A stretch of DNA of 63,194 nt, counting the filler, from Rhabdomonas costata (Eukaryota): assembly GCA_019059605.1 (NCBI GenBank). It is 55 parts of 55 records of this genome, joined end to end, with 100 filler letters (N's around TTAATTAATTAA, not from the genome) between each part and the next. Parts side by side here need not be neighbours in the genome. Positions count along the whole stretch, not along the records: positions 48,339 to 49,389 come from JAHMHO010031336.1; positions 49,490 to 50,540 come from JAHMHO010031337.1; positions 50,641 to 51,691 come from JAHMHO010031338.1; positions 51,792 to 52,841 come from JAHMHO010031339.1; positions 52,942 to 53,988 come from JAHMHO010031340.1; positions 54,089 to 55,140 come from JAHMHO010031341.1; positions 55,241 to 56,291 come from JAHMHO010031342.1; positions 56,392 to 57,447 come from JAHMHO010031343.1; 47 more parts are not named here. One strand, 5' to 3'. The translations under genes were made by a program, and so were the position numbers. Under the pieces are notes generated by a model that did no database searches, was not told the DNA's origin, and saw only the letters and a program-made list of their open reading frames with translations. This document shows positions 48,581 to 61,211 of this stretch, one piece after another (positions within the stretch are counted from its first letter, which is position 1; every line of letters starts with the position of its first letter).

Positions 48581-49612
48581 CTGCTTCTTTGGGGGATATT
48601 GGCGGGGGTTCTTTCTACAGTGCTGGTCGAGCGGTGGGTGGAACTTCACGATGGTCTGGCCTCCTCATACCTCCGCAAGCTGAGCTGCCTGGGCCTCCTG
48701 AAACTCCTTCCGGTCACGCTCTCTTTGTTATTGCAGGGATTGAATTAGAATACATGCACCAATCTCTGACCGACAAAAAGCATAATCGAGAAATGAAAAA
48801 TGAATTGGATGGGGACTGACTGCTTTGTGCACCAGGCATTTGAACGCTATTTGCTGTTTGCTTCGTTGCCATTGCTGTTGCCGGTTTGTTGCACTGGCTG
48901 CTAAAGGCTCTTATTTTTGAAAGCGAACCGATCCATAGTCTATTTGGATCAATGGATGTGGGCCATTGCACCCCCCACCTCCAAAAAAAAGAGAATATGT
49001 ATCGCTCTGCTGTCTTGCAGACCTCGCACGTCTGGCGACTGAGCACCAGGCATTCACGTTGTCCTTTCACACGGCTCGCTTCAGTCGCCATTTAAATTAA
49101 CGATTGACAAATCGATTTCAAAAGGTGCCATCGTTGCGGAAAAATGGACCTTCTCACGCTCTGCAAATCCTGTTGTTTTTTTTACAGTAATCATTGACTA
49201 CCATAATGAGTTTGGAAGTACTTCACCACCAAAACGCTTCATCTGGGAGAGTCATCTGGGGTATCCCGCCACCGACGGAGAGAGAAGTTTGATCTCTGTT
49301 TGAGGGAAAAAATGTTGCTTGAAATTAGGGAAACCCTCAAAAAATAGTGATTTGGATGGAATACCAAAAATCCAGTTCCCCCCCCACCCNNNNNNNNNNN
49401 NNNNNNNNNNNNNNNNNNNNNNNNNNNNNNNNNTTAATTAATTAANNNNNNNNNNNNNNNNNNNNNNNNNNNNNNNNNNNNNNNNNNNNGGTGGGTTGTG
49501 AAGGCAGCAAACCCAGAACCATAAGAACTCCCTTTCTTCTGAGCAAACGCCTTCAAAGGAAAGGGAGTTCTTATGGTTCTGGGTTTGCTGCCTTCACAAC
49601 CCAAGCCTCAAA

Positions 49613-50540
49613 GCATGTGACGGGCTCACCGATGATATGATCCGGGCCACCATCGAGAACGCCAAGGGCACCCGCTCCGCTTTGTTCGTGCCGGAGCAGT
49701 GCTTTGAGCTGCTCGTGAGGCAGCAGCTGCCGAAGCTCGAGGATCCCTGCCAGCGGTGCGGCGACAAGGTTTTGGACGAGCTGCAGCGGATGTGCAAGTC
49801 GAGCGAGAAGGAGCTGGGACGTTTCCCTAAGCTGCGGTTTCCACCCCCTTCCGTCCCGTCCCGTCCTGTACGTATTCCTGTAATTGCAATTGTGATTTCT
49901 CCGAAACCCTGCCCATTCTCCAAATATCAATGACCAACAGGGCTTCCGCTGATGCCCATCTCGACATTTCCACAGATGGCCATTACGAAATGCACTGTAC
50001 GGTGGCCAGGAAGCAAAGGCTCAAGGAGGGATTCTGCCCACCAGCTTACATAGCAGCGGCTCACTGAAACGGGGTAAGTGTAAAATGCCCTTCCTGGCAC
50101 TGAGCATGAAAGCACGGATTATCGTCTCCATGAAGCAGTAGCAGGTACAGAGTTCTCGGGCGCAATCACAAAAAACAGCAACCAGCGATGTGCCTGGCCA
50201 TGGTCCTTACACATCGGTGCAGGAGGCGGGTTGCCCCTCCCAAGCCAGTCTCACCCCAGATGAGCCAGCGACCCGGTTCGATGTTTGAACCCCGACTCGG
50301 TGGACTAACGCCCGAGGGACGATGCCATCCTCCAAACTACCATTAGAACTTTTCTTCGAACCGAAGTCCCCTTTGCTGCGCCGGAAAGGGCAGGTGATCA
50401 TTATACAGTCCCGCATCAACCTCCTGCCTATTCAGGGACCGCGTTGCGGAGGAGGTCTCTCGCCTGCTGCGCTCCTTCCTGGTCCCCCTGCGGGATTTCG
50501 TGCGCAACCTGGTGCAGATCGAGCTGGCGTACAACACCAC
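49613..50540 (+). CDS. Dynamin-related protein (Vps1/Dnm1-like), middle domain; exons about 49613-49836 and 50436-50540
   Basis: DGLTDDMIRATIENAKGTRSALFVPEQCFELLVRQQLPKLEDPCQRC...RFPKLR|DRVAEEVSRLLRSFLVPLRDFVRNLVQIELAY; GT-AG intron 49837-50435. Confidence 0.92.
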
Positions 50541-50641
50541 NNNNNNNNNNNNNNNNNNNNNNNNNNNNNNNNNNNNNNNNNNNNTTAATTAATTAANNNN
50601 NNNNNNNNNNNNNNNNNNNNNNNNNNNNNNNNNNNNNNNNC

Positions 50642-50938
50642 AACCTCTCCGGGTTTCCCTCCGGGGACTTCGACCTTGCCACCTCGGTGGGGGTGCTGAG
50701 CTACCTCTCCCTGAGTGGGTTCTGCCGGGCTCTCCAGGAGATGCTCCGTGTGGTGCGGGGCGGCACTGGAGTGGTATGGCTGGGGCTTTCCGGGATCAAT
50801 GGCCGGGGCCCGGGGTTCACCCGCCCTCGGTGGAGTTGGGTGCAGGCCTCCTGCCTGGCCCCTCCAGCAGCCCCGCCGCTGCGGGGGGTACGGTTCCCGG
50901 GGAGCTTCTTCAGCTCTGTGTTCCTGTTTAAGGCGTAG
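50642..50938 (+). CDS. Class I SAM-dependent methyltransferase, C-terminal part
   Basis: LSGFPSGDFDLATSVGVLSYL...ALQEMLRVVRGGTGVVWL (motifs II and III), ending at TAG. Confidence 0.75.
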   Translation, partial: NLSGFPSGDFDLATSVGVLSYLSLSGFCRALQEMLRVVRGGTGVVWLGLSGINGRGPGFTRPRWSWVQASCLAPPAAPPLRGVRFPGSFFSSVFLFKA

Positions 50939-52466
50939 CCGGATTTGGTCAGTCGCACAGCTGCGTTGCACTGCGAGGAAACAAGAGGGTGGTGTGTGAA
51001 TGCAGGTTTCCTACGCTGGCGCGTAGATGCGTTTTTGCCAGGGGGGTAGAGGGTGGTGGCGCATGGGTGTCTCTGAGCCAGGTGAAGGAGCTCGCAGAAA
51101 TGAGTTTTGGCGTTCCCGATCGTTGGGTGTTCGTACGATCCACTGCTCGCCCGATGGAGCAAATTCACTACCATTCGTTAGTGTGCTTGATTTTCGAAGT
51201 GATTTCGCTGGTCCTGCACAAGACCATCTGGCCTTGTTTCACAAGGATGAGCTGTTTGACGTTTTTGACGTGCATTCTTTTCCCAGTATCCCTCAAAGCA
51301 GCTTACCCCCCCCCCAAGCCTCTCTGGATTCTCTCTACTTTTGGTGATACAGATTCCTGTCTACCTATACTCTCCAAATAGTAGGGACATCAGCCACTCT
51401 ATCCTCTAACGCAAGAGGTTTTTGACTTAATAGACGTAGGACAATGAGTCACAAGCGGTTCCAGGTTGGCACTCTAAGTCCACTCTAACGCCAATCCCAT
51501 GGTTGCACGTCTTCTTTCGTGAAGTTCTTGGTGCGCTGTGTTATTGTATCTTTGTCGGGGTTTCTTTCTTTTGGGGAGAAACAAAAGTGGTCAAGTGGAT
51601 CTGTGGCACCTATGGACTCTCGGGGGGATCTGGACCCCGACCATGATGGCAGGCTGCAAGCCCTTCACCACTTTTGTTTCTCCCCACAAACNNNNNNNNN
51701 NNNNNNNNNNNNNNNNNNNNNNNNNNNNNNNNNNNTTAATTAATTAANNNNNNNNNNNNNNNNNNNNNNNNNNNNNNNNNNNNNNNNNNNNGGGGTTTGG
51801 GGAGAGGGAGGGGGAGGAGAAATGAGAGACTTTTGGGAGATGAACTTCCCGAAGTCGATCTCGTTAAAGGAGACCCGAGGGAAGTGCGAGGTGGACTGGT
51901 CGCTCAGCAGCATGGGCTGGCGGCGGAAGGAGTTCGTCCGGCGAGTCCACGTCCCTGCGATTTTTCCCCAGCTATGGTGGCCCCTGTTATAGCTTGAATT
52001 ATTTACCCGCATTTGGAATCTTGAACGATGGGCTGGAAGCCGGAACGTTGCAGCGCGGCGTCCTTCAAGTCTTCCTCACCCTGGCACATGCACGAACGCA
52101 ATATCTAAAGAAGCTTTCACGTTCGGTTTCCGGTTGAGGGGCTTCTATGGTTTCCGTTGGGGCTCACCAGTTTCGACTGTACTACACTTCCTTGCAGATA
52201 AGACTTGACAAGCAGGAGACATGGAAAGCTAGTTTGACTGGTGCGGCAATCAAGACTGGTGATGTTTTAATGTGCATGTGGAGACAAGCGTCTTTCTGTC
52301 AAAGCTGCCTTACAAGACAAATTGCGGTGTTGAAGACCTTGGGGGGTTAAAAAGGCACCATAGGTGACAATTCTTTGCCCGTGGTCTGTGGTAACAGCTC
52401 CAGTCGTCAAAATCACGGGGTGATGCGGTGGGTCTTTTGCACACATACACACACGAGCACACGCAC

Positions 52467-52728
52467 CGGACTCGATCATTGCGGTCGCCCCGACGAGCAG
52501 CAGAAGGGCCGACAGCACCGCTCCGGGCAGCATGGTGAGCCCGTTCATGACGTAAAGGTCGTCCGGGGTGAACCGCGGGCAGTACGCCGGAGGGGGCAGG
52601 GCGCGGTTGGGGCCCAGCACGTAGTAGCTGACGAAGGTTCCCAGAAGGATCATCAGTGTGTAGCTGACCTGGAACATCGCCTGCAGAGACCGGTGAAGAT
52701 CACCGGTCACATCGGTCATCACACACAC
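52467..52728 (-). CDS. Exon of an MFS sugar (hexose) transporter, TM5-TM6
   Basis: RSLQAMFQVSYTLMILLG...LSALLLLVGATAMIES resembles kinetoplastid hexose transporters (lFQV..TlgI...LS....lvG...ES). Confidence 0.6.
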
Positions 52729-54448
52729 CTTAATTAAGCCATCTTCCCTGCACCCTCGTCTCAGCAGGCAACTTCCTTCCCCCACACCCCACCCCTCCCT
52801 CACATTCATTCTCACTACTCGGCCCAGAGACTGATTGCACGNNNNNNNNNNNNNNNNNNNNNNNNNNNNNNNNNNNNNNNNNNNNTTAATTAATTAANNN
52901 NNNNNNNNNNNNNNNNNNNNNNNNNNNNNNNNNNNNNNNNNTGGGGGGGGGTACAGGGGGTAGGACGAACGTTCATTTAAGTCTTCCGCTGTGACCTCTA
53001 TGCAACTGTGCCATGTGAAAAGGGAGAAGCTAAATCCCCTACAGCGAAGGTCACCCCACCCATTTTAAGAAGGTACGGGAGTTCCCGAAAAAGGATCTGA
53101 TTTAAGGAGTTTCACAACAAGCAACTCGCCACAAATATTGAACGGCAAAGAGTAAAGAAGGAGCCCGCAGATGGTGCAAATCCGCTTGTATTACTGTTCG
53201 TTGCTGGGGCGGCATTTTTCCTTTGATTGCCCGTTTGGCTCCACCTGCGTGGTTCCCCCCTGCCCTTTTTCTTTGCCTTTCGCCCCTGAACACGGCGGGT
53301 TGCCCGCACACGATCCTTTCCAGAAAAATACGCGCAAAAGCGGAGCCGTCACCCGGACAAAGGTGTTGCAAAAGATGTGTTTCCGCAAAAAAAAATGCGC
53401 TGTACCTGCGCAAGGTTGTAACGACATTTCTTTGGAGCAAAAGTGCGGCAATGGGGGCCAACTCAGCCGCATTTTCAGGCGAATATGCCAGGGCAAGGTG
53501 CGGGGCATTGTTCTTTTCGTCGGCCCCGTTTAACATCCACAGGACAACAGTCGGGCGACCCAACGATCGGCGAAATAAAAAGCTTCCAAAAAGCTTATCT
53601 TCGTAAAATTGTCAACCCGAGAGTTGGAAGTCAGGGGAGAAGAACACAATTGAACCAGAGAAAGGCTCACACCAACAAATTCAGACGACCAATGGCTTCG
53701 TTATGATCCGGACGACCACTGGAATTTATAGTTCCAGCTCGCCGTGAACACTTCGGTGCTTTTCAACACAATCTCCTCGCCATTTCAGGACATTTCCGCA
53801 CAATAATAAAAAAAGCAGCTCGCACTTAGCGCAGCGTGAAGTGAATGAAGCAGCTAAAGCAGAGGAAGAGGCGGCAAAACCGTGGAGTAGCCCAAATAGT
53901 TGTGGATGAAGAAGTCTCCAGCATGAGTGAACTGATGGCTCTGGCACAAAAAAAATGTATCGCTGTTCAACTTTGTGATCAATCGCAANNNNNNNNNNNN
54001 NNNNNNNNNNNNNNNNNNNNNNNNNNNNNNNNTTAATTAATTAANNNNNNNNNNNNNNNNNNNNNNNNNNNNNNNNNNNNNNNNNNNNGTTGGTGGTTGC
54101 CACTCGTCCCAACATCCGATCAGAAACACGCAGTCGTCTGGGGAGGGAGCTTTTAGTTACGCTAATTTTCGGGTGCATGTAGACACAGTTGAGGCCATTT
54201 TAGGCTTCGGATTCGCAGGCCTGGGAGCAGAGCAAAGGAGGGGGGGGAACTCATTTGTTGACTTGACCTCTCGTGGTAACAACCCCCTGCCCCGAAGCCA
54301 CCATCCCCATCTGGTTTTTGTTCATGGAGAAGCTTGAAGCTCACTGTGAAGATGACTGCGGTTGCTCCGCACACTGGGAGGGAGGAGAGAGGGAAGAGGA
54401 TGGAGGGAGGTGAGTGCTCGTGGAGGGGTGCACGGGGGGCGGCTTTAC

Positions 54449-54560
54449 CTCACAAGCTCGGCCAGACGACCTCGCGGAACCTGCCCCTGCCCGGTTTGAG
54501 AAACCGAGGTGAAGGTCTCCTCCAGCTTGTCTGCCAGCTGCGTCTCCGCCGAGAGCATCA
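54449..54560 (-). CDS. Exon with a degenerate EF-hand-like helix-loop-helix
   Basis: MLSAETQLADKLEETFTSVSQTGQGQVPRGRLAELV; bounded by CAG and GTAAAG. Confidence 0.3.
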
Positions 54561-56625
54561 CTGTGGTCGACATTCGGGTTCCGTTTGTATCCATTGTTCT
54601 TGTTTATGTTGTCTGAAAAAAGTCTCGCTTTTTGTCAACAAGTTAACAAGCTGCAGATGCGGGAAATTGGATGTGCATCCTGATTGCTACCACTTCTTCT
54701 TCACTACGGTGTACGATGCTTCGGCCCCCGTCGCGAGAGCACCCAAAACCACGCCAACTTGCAATCTAGGGTGCCTTTGCGACAAACGCCAAGTACTTGA
54801 TCTCGCAGATAGAAGGTACAGGACGATCCATTATGTCCTCCAGGACAGAGTATTGATAGAGTGCAAGAGTTGGTCTTCCGCTGCAATCTCAAACAAAAAG
54901 TGCCACAAGTGTCCACTAGTCAGTTTCTTGTTTCAACTTTCTCTACGTCACCGTGCTACTGGGAGGGACCTCAGTAAACAACTGGAATGCGTTAATAAGT
55001 TATAAATTCCAATTTTTGAAATTTATGAATCTTACTAACAGGAAAACTTTTCCTCTACCACTCCCAAAGATTGTTCAAACTGACCGCTACGTGAGAGTGA
55101 TCCCCACCCAGGCGCTGCTTCACAACCTGCAACACCCCACNNNNNNNNNNNNNNNNNNNNNNNNNNNNNNNNNNNNNNNNNNNNTTAATTAATTAANNNN
55201 NNNNNNNNNNNNNNNNNNNNNNNNNNNNNNNNNNNNNNNNTGTTGTTCGCTGCGCATTGCGGGAAAAGTTGAACCAGTTTATTTTTGTTGGCACTACTTC
55301 ATCTCCTGCCTAGGTGCTTCACTGGTTGTTGCCCTTTTATCATGAAAAGGCCCCGTTTAGCGTCCAACATTGCATGGGGTGGGGGGGGCGTAAAGGAAGT
55401 TATGCAAAAAAATACTAATCCGTTTATTAGGTCGATTTTTTTTTGGATCCTCTGAACTCACATGACAACAGTGCTCACAGGGTTTCGATCAAGCAGGGGT
55501 GTGTGTGTGTATTGTTTAACAATTTCGATTTTTTCGACTTTCGATTTTGATATGAGTTGGGAGGTTGAGACGCTTCTCCGTTGAGCACCACTGATAGTTA
55601 CCATTGCACCCCGGTCACTTTTTTCCGGTGCAAACAGGTGTCAGGTGCCTCTAAACGCACTTAGGCTTGAGGTTAGACACACACTAAAGGGGTGGGGGTG
55701 GGTGTTTTGACCACCAACCCCCTCTCATACACGATAGCCCTACCCTGACGCGAACTGTGTTAAAACAGCTAATCACGCCCGAGGTGGCAGTGGCTCAAAC
55801 CAAAACAAACATAAGAAGCACACTGCGCATACACAAGTGTGATGGCTGCGGCGAAGGTGCCTCGCAACCATCGCAACCAAGTCACAGTGGAGGAAGAAGA
55901 GCACTGAAGAGGGTACTGCTGTTTCAACAGCCTGCCAGTGCGCTGCAGAAATGTTTTTGACAGGCTGGTGGTGCTACCGCCTTCGGTGGTCAGCGCAGAA
56001 ATCGACATGTATCGAGCATGAGATTTGAACCTTTGATCATTTCAACCTTTTGAACTAACCAAGCATAGCAAAGGTTCCCCCACGCAAACCTCGATAGAAC
56101 GCACTGACGCAGGTCACCCAACTGCTCTGCCGCGGATGCTTGTTTTCCTTGCCACCCTCGTTGTTTGCGAAGGAGTACAGCCATTCTCCTGCGTGGCATA
56201 CCATATCCGTATCTTGGAATTCCACTTCCTTTTGATCTTCCCCAAAAAGACCCTACAATTCAACATCATGCAGTCTGTATGACCCACAAACNNNNNNNNN
56301 NNNNNNNNNNNNNNNNNNNNNNNNNNNNNNNNNNNTTAATTAATTAANNNNNNNNNNNNNNNNNNNNNNNNNNNNNNNNNNNNNNNNNNNNTTGTTTTGG
56401 TACAAGGAAATGTGCTTGTGCACAATGGAATGAGTTTGTTTGGTTTGGGAGTGCCAGTGGCACGGCAGCTTGAGCGGGCTGTGGAGGCCGGGGCGGTGTC
56501 TGGGGTTACAACTACGGAGGTCAGGTTGAAGGTATACCTCAACACTCTCTTATGGAGCGCTGGCGTAATATTGAATTTATCAAAGAATTTGCAAGACAAA
56601 ACTCGCTGAAGGGCAGGCGACATAC

Positions 56626-56885
56626 ATCTCACTGTAGCTCAGCAGGTCGCTCAGGTGCAGGGGATCCTCCTCATGGTCCGTGCCGATCTTCTCAAAGCCT
56701 CCACTGCTCTGCCGCGACGGGCGGGCCAGCATGTAGTCGTCATCACCGCCCATAAACACCAGAGGCCGCTTGTGCATCAGGCGCTCCACGAGGTCATCTG
56801 GCTTCATCGTGCGGTAGAAGGTCTTCTCGTACTCGGAGCCGTGGCTTCGCTTGACCTCCAGGAATTTACTCAACAGCCCCCGGAC
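56626..56885 (-). CDS. Exon of a MavL-like/DUF4804 protein (putative ADP-ribose-binding macro-type fold)
   Basis: FLEVKRSHGSEYEKTFY...RLMHKRPLVFMGGDDDYML...GGFEKIGTDHEEDPLHLSDLLSYSEM matches FL..Kr..Gs..Ek..Y, kRPl.F....D.y.L, gfe.iGt..E..pl.l.d.lSYdEm. Confidence 0.8.
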
Positions 56886-57327
56886 CTTCTCTCTGTGCCC
56901 ACAGAGAGGTAGAAGGAGGAGGGAGGCCACACTTCGGCACCAAATCAATGACACTGGATAACAAAGGTATCGGTTGCTCTGCATACACATCCCTGCCTCA
57001 CAAGCCACACAAAACCGACGAACACGACTCAGTGCCTTATCTGACAAATTGTGACATAATTTATTCACGACAGCCGCTCACGCATGCGATGAAAAGGTCC
57101 GGTTCTGAAGCCGTTTCCTTGGCTTAATTGAAAGAGAGGAGCGAACACTCGAGCACACACACATACACGCACACAGGCCAGACCACACCACACAAAATTC
57201 TACTTCTGCTTCTTTCAGATGTTCAGTTTAAAACAATAGATTTTCTCCACATAGAAACCATACACACCGAACCCAACTGTTCAGCTGGATCCTGAGAAGA
57301 ATATGGATACTCACTCAGCACTGTACG

Positions 57328-57447
57328 CACATCACATCACATCACAGCACATCACATCACAGTACATCACATCACATCACATCACATCACATCACATCAC
57401 ATCACATCACATCACATCACATCACATCACATCACATCACATCACAT
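57328..57447. repeat. (ATCAC)n microsatellite running off the contig end
   Basis: More than 20 pentamer units. Confidence 0.95.
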
Positions 57448-60162
57448 NNNNNNNNNNNNNNNNNNNNNNNNNNNNNNNNNNNNNNNNNNNNTTAATTAAT
57501 TAANNNNNNNNNNNNNNNNNNNNNNNNNNNNNNNNNNNNNNNNNNNNGTGCACAAACTGATCGTTGTTAACCATGATCTAGCGCTTGGCGCTGCACTGGT
57601 GAAAGTGGCACAGCTGCTTCCCAATCTAGCCGCCCGTTGGGGTCGTAGAGGCATTTGCATCAAAGCTAGCAAATCCCTACTTTTTTGTGGTGCCCACAGA
57701 CATAATTCTGATGCCCTTTCCTAATTCAGGTGAATGATGTGGCCCCACGGATCTTGGGCTATCCAAAGATTCAAAATCTTGGAAAAATACAAAACGTTGA
57801 TCCGCAGCGAAAGGATACTCCTCACCAGCCGCCAGCCGATGACTTTGTTCCAGCGGTCCGAGCCCAGAAAAAGAAGCAACCAAGCGCACTACTTCGTCGT
57901 GGCAATTTCACACAAGTGAACTTTCTTGGGGGCAAACGTACAGGGCAAGCCGAATGATTTGGCAAACCCACCACACCCCACTCCTGGGAACATAATCATT
58001 AACATAGAAATCCCCCATCCACCCCGATCCCGTCCTCCAGCACTACTGAGCGGTATCCGCACAATGGGCCGGTGAACGGTTCACTGTGTTGGGCGTGGCA
58101 AGCCGTGTCGGAAAGCAAAGAAAAAAAACGGGAAGCAGAAACAACGATGAAACAATGAGGGAGGGAGGGAGGAGGGGGTACGACCTCTCTGGAAGGTGCG
58201 CGGCAGGCATGCCCAAAGCCGGAGGCGGCTAAGAGATGCTGCGTGCAACTACAATACAGAGACGAAACGGGTTACAAAGCGCCAGAAAGCGGCACTTGTG
58301 GTGGTGGGAAATACTCGGGATGCCCTCCCGGTTGAATGTTCTGGATAACACAAATGATTAATGTGTAGAACCGCCAGCTTAGGAGGTGTCCCCGCAAAAA
58401 CAGAAACACAAACTCTCAAGAGAATACAACCCAAGGCGGAGAAATAACAGCCCAGGAATGTTCACACTTTCGTCAGATCAGTACACCAAGTGGCCATTGA
58501 AACCGAGGCACGAGAAGGAACTTCAATACACGCAAGGGAAAGGCGCGCAATCCCGCCCCCCCCCCAAAAAAAAGAAGTTGCGCCGAGCACACAAACANNN
58601 NNNNNNNNNNNNNNNNNNNNNNNNNNNNNNNNNNNNNNNNNTTAATTAATTAANNNNNNNNNNNNNNNNNNNNNNNNNNNNNNNNNNNNNNNNNNNNCTC
58701 GTGGAAGACGCCTCGCGGAGGCAGGCGGGGAGAGGCGGAAGCGCTGAGGCGGCTAAAGCAAACAACGGTACAAGAAAAACTACGAGACCACGACAGGATA
58801 ATAACAACCACACAAGGCATAAAACGCGTGAATGCAAATTTTGGAGCTCCCGAATTTTGGTTGATGAAAACTGCGAACAATACACCACCTCAAATCCAGG
58901 ATCTTAAACAACGGCAGGCCGGGGATATACCTGTAATCGAAAGAAAAGGGGTACAGCGGACGAGGGGGATGGATTGCACGCACGCCGACCTGGCTTCCTG
59001 CGCTGCAGTCTCTGCAGCGGCAGTGAGTGGGGGACGAGTCCGGGATGTGGTCCGGGGGGCAGTTGCGTCGTACACGGGCTGCCCATTGTAGGCACCCTGC
59101 TTCCGTTTCGTGTCCCAGACCTGCACGTGGGTACCCGAAAACTACCCATAGGTGGTATGCGCACATGCCTGCAGATAAGTGAAGCGGCGCCTGGGTTCGA
59201 TGGACGTGGGATGGCAGCGGTAGTAAAATGTTTACAAATCGGTGCCTCTCCTTATACAGCCCATGGACCCTCCTATTGAGTGGCTCACAGCCGGGGGGCG
59301 AGGGGAAGTGCAAACACCAAACGTACCAAGCAAAAAGCCACAGAAAATTACAGAGGCCGAAAAAAGTGTGTGGACTCTGCATCGGCATGACGTAAGCCAA
59401 AAAAAACTGCCAGGCGGGGATAGCTGTGGACAGTGTCAGAAATTTTACGTTTGGGAGTCCGAATACTTTTCGAATTGTTCTTCTAAATTTAGGTTCTTCG
59501 CGTTTCTTTTTCGGCACGCCTGGTTTCACAGTTTTTCGGCGGTTTTATGCGTGTTTTATGACAGTAAAACTCTGTTTGACCCTGATGAGGATCGCTCTGT
59601 CCTTTAAACGCTCAAGGCCAACCAATACTTCCTCTGAGCTTTGCTCCGGCCCAACCTGAGGTTGCAATTTCTTCAAAAGATCAGCCCGCCCTGAAAAGAT
59701 TGAAAGTCAAGTGGCGCAACAAAAACAAAACCCAAACACACCCACACNNNNNNNNNNNNNNNNNNNNNNNNNNNNNNNNNNNNNNNNNNNNTTAATTAAT
59801 TAANNNNNNNNNNNNNNNNNNNNNNNNNNNNNNNNNNNNNNNNNNNNCCAATGGCTGGGATATGGGCGGACGAGTAGGACAGCATTAGTTTTGGAGCGAA
59901 GGCCAGTCCGCGCCGCGGCCGGAGCGGGCGGCTGGTGCGGGGACGTGACCTGGGAGGCTTTTGGTGATCTTAAATCCGTTATCGCCCCCCCCCCAACTGC
60001 CATTGCACGTATGCTTCGACTGTGGCGTGTTTTTGTGAGATCGTGCTGTTCAAACCCTTCCTCACCCATGTGCCCAGGTTTTCAATCTTGTCTCTGTGTG
60101 GTTTTGTATGGGACGTTCTGAATAGAGGCTTGACCGTCTTTCCCCGCCCGCCCTGCATATCG

Positions 60163-60340
60163 ATGGCCGTGGACTGCCCTGTGGAAGTGGTCCGGGTGCA
60201 GCAGCCCGGGGTGCACGCCACGACGGTCCACCACAAGGCCTTCACGGAGACCTTTGTCACCCTGCACTCTCTGCACCACGGGGAGCCTGCCTTGGCCTTG
60301 GTGGGGCGGATGCGGGACTTTCTGGCCGCGAGGCCGGCAG
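60163..60340 (+). CDS. Probable first exon, unknown protein
   Basis: MAVDCPVEVVRVQQPGVHATTVHHKAFTETFVTLH...; high GC3; ends CAG|GT. Confidence 0.45.
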
Positions 60341-60997
60341 GTCTTTGCAGTGACCCCGCTCCTCTGCAATCAGTGACTTGCGGCAGATTGTCCGCCATTT
60401 TTTTACCTGTTCTTTGCGCAAGAGAAAGCGAGATCGATTTTTCTCGAGCAAACCTGTGAACAGGCCGCCATTGTGCTCTAGGATTTGCGATAAGGTGGCG
60501 AAAACGGTTGAAAGTAGCCGGCACTGGCATGACTCAGGTGACGAAGTCTGTGTTTTGGCAGTTCATTTTCTGCCGTTAGGCGGACCTCGGCCAAAGCCCC
60601 AAAAAGCCCAAGGGAACGAATTTATTACAGTGGGTTCTGCCGTATCCAATGTTCTGCCCCGCGGAGAAAGCCCCACTGCCCCATTGTGGGCCTATGTCTG
60701 GACTGTCTTGTTGTCCAGCACGCCTCTCTTTGCCCCCGTACCTGTGCAGCGCGGCCCGTGGCCCTGGATATCTGGGGCCGTACCGTGAATCCTTCCCAAG
60801 TTCTGAAGGCCATTGCTGAGCAGTGCCCCTCCTGCCCTCGGCCCACATGGGTGCTTCCCCACCGCGAGCCTTCCTCCGCTTCAGCCTCCACCCACAANNN
60901 NNNNNNNNNNNNNNNNNNNNNNNNNNNNNNNNNNNNNNNNNTTAATTAATTAANNNNNNNNNNNNNNNNNNNNNNNNNNNNNNNNNNNNNNNNNNNN

Positions 60998-61211
60998 GTG
61001 GTGTGGGGAAAATGAGGTTAAGGAAATTTAGGAATGTGGAAACAAAGTTTAGGAATGCTCGGTCGGGGGTGAAAGACTTTGAGATTTTCCGGGTTACCAT
61101 CTCTCTTCGCAACAGCACCCAGAAAATCTCAAAGTCTTTCACCCCCGACCGAGCATTCCTAAACTTTGTTTCCACATTCCTAAATTTCCTTAACCTCATT
61201 TTCCGCACAGC
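60998..61211. other. Fold-back amplification chimera at a contig start (similar ones at 11356, 16119, 26476, 31081, 36700, 37855, 40291)
   Basis: About 82-bp perfect inverted arms reach the contig terminus. Terminal bases GTGGTGTGGGG replace the template GTGCTGTGCGG. Confidence 0.85.

Noticed and set aside
56195-56230. GIPYPYLGIPL resembling the RT thumb YLG motif
   Set aside because: No recognisable YADD or QG motifs upstream in any frame.
59581-59610. CTGATGA followed by a short stem (hammerhead-like)
   Set aside because: No GAAA after stem II and no stem III or UH.
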